From: Bacteroidales bacterium
GTDB lineage: Bacteria > Bacteroidota > Bacteroidia > Bacteroidales > P3
DNA: 64,000 nucleotides
NCBI GenBank assembly: GCA_024681475.1
Contig: JAILAT010000051.1
Location: 30,444 to 94,443 of the forward strand
Direction of reading: 5' to 3'
Shown: positions 60,934 through 64,000 of the stretch, piece by piece
Numbering within the stretch: position 1 is the stretch's first letter
Layout: the number at the start of each line of letters is the position of its first letter
Notes under the pieces: model-generated
The model's input: only the letters and a program-made list of their open reading frames with translations
Databases searched by the model: none
What the model was told of the DNA's origin: nothing
Program-made: the position numbers and the translations under genes

Positions 60934-62655
60934 TCAGTTGCTTTGGTTCAGGTTGATGTTTTGCCAGGTGTCGTGCAGGGCAGGGGAGGGCACCACGGTG
61001 GGGGTCTGCATCTTCTGGTTGATGAGTACGCTTTTGCGTTTCACCATCTTGGTGACGTGTGTGGAAAGCTCGCCGAGGGTGACGTTGCCCTGCGTCTGCT
61101 GCAGCTTCTCGAGGAGATAGTAGGTGAAGAGTCCGTGGTGTTTCTCCTCGTACTGGTGCGCCGTTTCGGCGCCGGTGGCGGAGGTGAAGACCACCATGTT
61201 GCCCTGTGGTACCTCTTCTTTCACCTTGATGGCCACGCCACGGCCTTCGAGCAGCATCTGGTCATCGCGTGTGGCGCCGCTGAAGCAGGCGTCGAGGAAG
61301 CAGATAATCTGTTTGGCTGGCACGTTGTTGAGCTCCTTGTAGAGTTTGTCGAGGCTGTAGCCTGTGGCGATGTTCTTGCTGTCGCCGTCGATGGGCAGCA
61401 GGTAGGCACTTTTGCTCTCCTCGTCGGGGAAGGCGTGGCCGGCATAGTAGAAGATAATGGTTGCGTCGCCGTCGTAGGCTTTGGCCAGCTGCTTCATCTG
61501 CTCCACACAGGCCATGATGTTGCCGCCGGTGGCGTCTTCATAGAGCTTGACATTTTCGGGTTTTATCCCCAAGGTCTTCTTGCAGTATTCCTCGAATATC
61601 CAGCCGTCGTTGAGTGCGTAGGGCACCTTGGCGCCAGGATAGTTCTCGTTGGCGATGATGAAGGCAAAGGTGTTCTCGTTCTTCGTCTTCGCTTCGGGGA
61701 TGTTCTTGTCCACCTCGGAGTCTGGGGCAGGGTAGGAGGACAGCGCTTTGCCCGGGGTCTTGGCCTTGTTGTTTTGGGTCGTGACCGTCAGTGGGTTGGG
61801 CAGCAGCTCGGACTTGCCGTCCTTGGTTACGCGGGCGACGCCGTCGTTGAAAGCTGTGGCGTTGTCGTATTGCACGGGGATGGCGATGGTGCCGTCGTTG
61901 ATTGCGGCGTAGCCCCATTTGCCATCTCTGCCAATGAGAAAGAGTCCTCCGTTGGCGTACTCAATCTTGTCATAACGGGCAGGCAGTATCGTCGCTGCGC
62001 TCTCGTCGAGTATTCCGTATTTGTCGCCCTGCTTGACCAGAAATCGTATCGTGTTCTCGTGATAGAGTATGTCTACGGCGGTGTATTTGTCGGCCTCGAT
62101 GATGAGTTTGAGGTTGGGGCCTATCATGCCGACGAAGTTTCCCTTTGATACGCTGTAATAGCCGTCGTGGCGTTTGGAGACAGAGGTGTATCTGTCGGCT
62201 TCGATAATCACCTGCATATTAGAGTCGAGCAAGCCCTCATATTTCCCCTTTTTCACATGGATGCCGTCGAGTTGCTTTTGGATGGCGGTGTATTTGTCGG
62301 GTTCAAGCAATACCTTCCCCATTCCGTCGACATAACCATAGTATTTCCCAATCCTGACGAGATAGAGGTTCTTCGCTGCGCCTTGGATTAATTCGTATTT
62401 CGTCGGGGGTATAATTTCGGCTTTCTCCGCGCTGTAAAGACCATAATAACGATAGTTTGTATCCTTTAGGTAGGTTTCATAATGGTCGTTTTTCCATGAC
62501 TGTTTGGTCATGGGAGCGAGAATGATGGTGCCGTTCACCGGATCGGTATTCACATCGTAATGCACCCACCAGTAGTCGGGCAACTGGCCTTTGTCGTACT
62601 GTCCCATGCAGAGCAGGGGAAGAAACAACAACAGCAGCGTTAAGAGTCGTTTCAT
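60934..62655 (-). CDS. secreted WG-repeat protein with C-terminal caspase-like (peptidase C14) domain, catalytic dyad intact
   Basis: It has a signal peptide and about 7 WG/KWG-type repeats (…GKYYGYVDGMGKVLLEPDKY…GKWGYAAINDGTIAIPVQYD…). The caspase core is FAFIIANENY, YYAGHA (His codon 61435..61437) and FLDACFSG (Cys codon 61285..61287). Confidence 0.85.
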   Translation of the reverse strand: MKRLLTLLLLFLPLLCMGQYDKGQLPDYWWVHYDVNTDPVNGTIILAPMTKQSWKNDHYETYLKDTNYRYYGLYSAEKAEIIPPTKYELIQGAAKNLYLVRIGKYYGYVDGMGKVLLEPDKYTAIQKQLDGIHVKKGKYEGLLDSNMQVIIEADRYTSVSKRHDGYYSVSKGNFVGMIGPNLKLIIEADKYTAVDILYHENTIRFLVKQGDKYGILDESAATILPARYDKIEYANGGLFLIGRDGKWGYAAINDGTIAIPVQYDNATAFNDGVARVTKDGKSELLPNPLTVTTQNNKAKTPGKALSSYPAPDSEVDKNIPEAKTKNENTFAFIIANENYPGAKVPYALNDGWIFEEYCKKTLGIKPENVKLYEDATGGNIMACVEQMKQLAKAYDGDATIIFYYAGHAFPDEESKSAYLLPIDGDSKNIATGYSLDKLYKELNNVPAKQIICFLDACFSGATRDDQMLLEGRGVAIKVKEEVPQGNMVVFTSATGAETAHQYEEKHHGLFTYYLLEKLQQTQGNVTLGELSTHVTKMVKRKSVLINQKMQTPTVVPSPALHDTWQNINLNQSN

Positions 62656-64000
62656 AGCTTGATATTTTTAAGGATGATACTTTCCGAAGACTGGCTTTGG
62701 GGGTTTTGCACATTGCCGTTGCTCTTCACCGAGGTGCGCGACACCTGCGCCTTGATGTATTCGCCCAGTTCCTGCAGGTTGGCTTTGCCTTGGCTCTCTT
62801 TCAGCTTCTTGCAGAGGTAGTAGGTGAACATTCCATGCCCCTTTTCATCGTATGCGTAAGCCGTCTCGCCGCTTGTGCAGGCGGACAGTACCGCCGTTTT
62901 GCCCGACACGGTGCCGGGCTTCGCCTTGATGGCCACGCCGCGGCTGCCGGTTGAGATGCTCTCTCCCGTGCGGGTGACATTGTTGAAGCCTGCGTCAATC
63001 AGCACGATGGAGGACTCCACATTCAGCGCGCCCAGCTCCTGATAGAGTTTGGCGACGGGATAGCCCGTGGCTGCAATCATGTTCAGCGTGGCATCGGTGG
63101 GCATCAGGTAGGCGTTGTTGGCGTCGTCCGACGCGCCTTGGCCGGCATAGTAGAACACTATCTTCGCGTCGCCGTCGTAGGCGTCGGCGAGGTCGTGAAT
63201 TCTCGTCATAGCGCCGCGGATGTTGTTGAGCGTGGCATCCTCGTAGTAGAAGATGTTGCTTTGCGGGATGCCCAGCGTCTTCAGGCAGTACTGGCGGAAC
63301 ACCGCGCCGTCGGCCAGGGCGTATTGCACGGTGAAGCCGTCGTAGTTCTCGTTGGCGATGATGACCGCGAAGGTGTTCTCCTGTACGGCGGTGGTCTCGT
63401 ATATCTTCTCGTCGATGTCGCTTGTCCGCTTGCTTCCCACAGCAATGGAAGAAATCACCTCGCTCTTTCCGCCGTTTGTCAACGGATTGGCGATGAGGAA
63501 CGAGACATCGCCCTTGCTCACCTTCGCCATTCCCTCATGGAACGGCTGGGCCGAGGAGTATTGCGGCTCAATGGCCATCGTGCCCGTGTTGACATCCATG
63601 TATCCATACTGGTTGTTCACCCGTACGGCGGCCAGGCCTTCGCTGGGCTCCCCGATTTCGTTCTCATAATGCTCGGGGTCTTTGCAAGTGTAGAGGGCTT
63701 TGCCTTTGGGCGAGTAGAGTGTCACGGAGGCTCTGTGAAGACGACTCATATCGGTGTAGGCGATGGCAAAAAAGCAGCCGCTGTAGGATGGGAAGATGAT
63801 AATTTCGTCGGCAGGGACAGGCTTGACGACCTCATTGCCGCTGCGGTCGACCAGACCCGCCATGTTCTGTTGCCCTTGCGGGTTGACGATACAGACCTCG
63901 AAAAGCTGATATTTGTCGCTCCAATTGACGGAATAATATTTGTCGGGCTTGATGAGAACATTGGCGTGTTCGTCGAGGACACCGGTTCGGCGGTCGTTTT
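62652..64000 (-). CDS. WG-repeat protein with caspase-like domain lacking the catalytic His and Cys (pseudo-protease); 5'-partial at the window edge
   Basis: The ORF track starts at the M at 63863, but the frame stays open to base 64000 and continues the WG repeats (…GVLDEHANVLIKPDKYYSV…). The caspase core is FAVIIANENY, YYAGQG (Gln, 63138..63140) and LIDAGFNN (Gly, 62988..62990). Its stop overlaps the downstream start (ATGA). Confidence 0.8.
   Translation of the reverse strand, partial: NDRRTGVLDEHANVLIKPDKYYSVNWSDKYQLFEVCIVNPQGQQNMAGLVDRSGNEVVKPVPADEIIIFPSYSGCFFAIAYTDMSRLHRASVTLYSPKGKALYTCKDPEHYENEIGEPSEGLAAVRVNNQYGYMDVNTGTMAIEPQYSSAQPFHEGMAKVSKGDVSFLIANPLTNGGKSEVISSIAVGSKRTSDIDEKIYETTAVQENTFAVIIANENYDGFTVQYALADGAVFRQYCLKTLGIPQSNIFYYEDATLNNIRGAMTRIHDLADAYDGDAKIVFYYAGQGASDDANNAYLMPTDATLNMIAATGYPVAKLYQELGALNVESSIVLIDAGFNNVTRTGESISTGSRGVAIKAKPGTVSGKTAVLSACTSGETAYAYDEKGHGMFTYYLCKKLKESQGKANLQELGEYIKAQVSRTSVKSNGNVQNPQSQSSESIILKNIKL

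Noticed and set aside
60791-64000. tRNA-linked genomic island carrying the caspase genes.
   Set aside because: I saw no integrase, no direct repeat of the tRNA 3' end and no mobility genes in the visible part. The caspase genes converge on the tRNA with a shared terminator, which looks like ordinary chromosomal context.

Overview
This 64-kb chromosomal segment looks like a Bacteroidales (Prevotellaceae-like) genome. It carries about 50 tightly packed protein genes on both strands and one tRNA-Glu(CUC). I found no rRNA, CRISPR array, integrase or transposase. Many genes are preceded by the Bacteroidetes -7 promoter box TAnnTTTG, and several longest-ORF calls run through such a box, so I moved those starts downstream. 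Start/stop overlaps (ATGA, TAATG) are frequent. Most content is housekeeping: a Na+-pumping biotin decarboxylase operon, ADP-forming acetyl-CoA synthetase, galE, dnaX, dapF, ligA, mnmE, uvrA, adenine deaminase, queG, nadC, cinA, rsmG, glnS, pheT, rluB-like and yebC. Five items deserve a second look. (1) dnaX is split by one in-frame TAG exactly at the gamma/tau boundary, with the tau-specific part still open in the same frame. (2) A 909-aa fusion joins a PP-loop ATPase-like domain to a second, divergent MurD-type ligase. This is a candidate MurL-MurD2 route for D-Glu incorporation. It is translationally coupled to an M20 amidohydrolase and a secreted C69 dipeptidase. (3) Two tandem, overlapping WG-repeat caspase (C14) paralogs sit at the right edge; one keeps the His/Cys dyad and the other has lost both residues. 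(4) A four-gene envelope operon combines DUF4105, an intact transglutaminase-core protein, a degenerate paralog and a small anchored protein. (5) A B12-domain radical SAM protein has a CX4CX2C cluster motif. All family names come from motif recognition by eye. No database search was possible, so domain assignments need HMM or BLAST confirmation.
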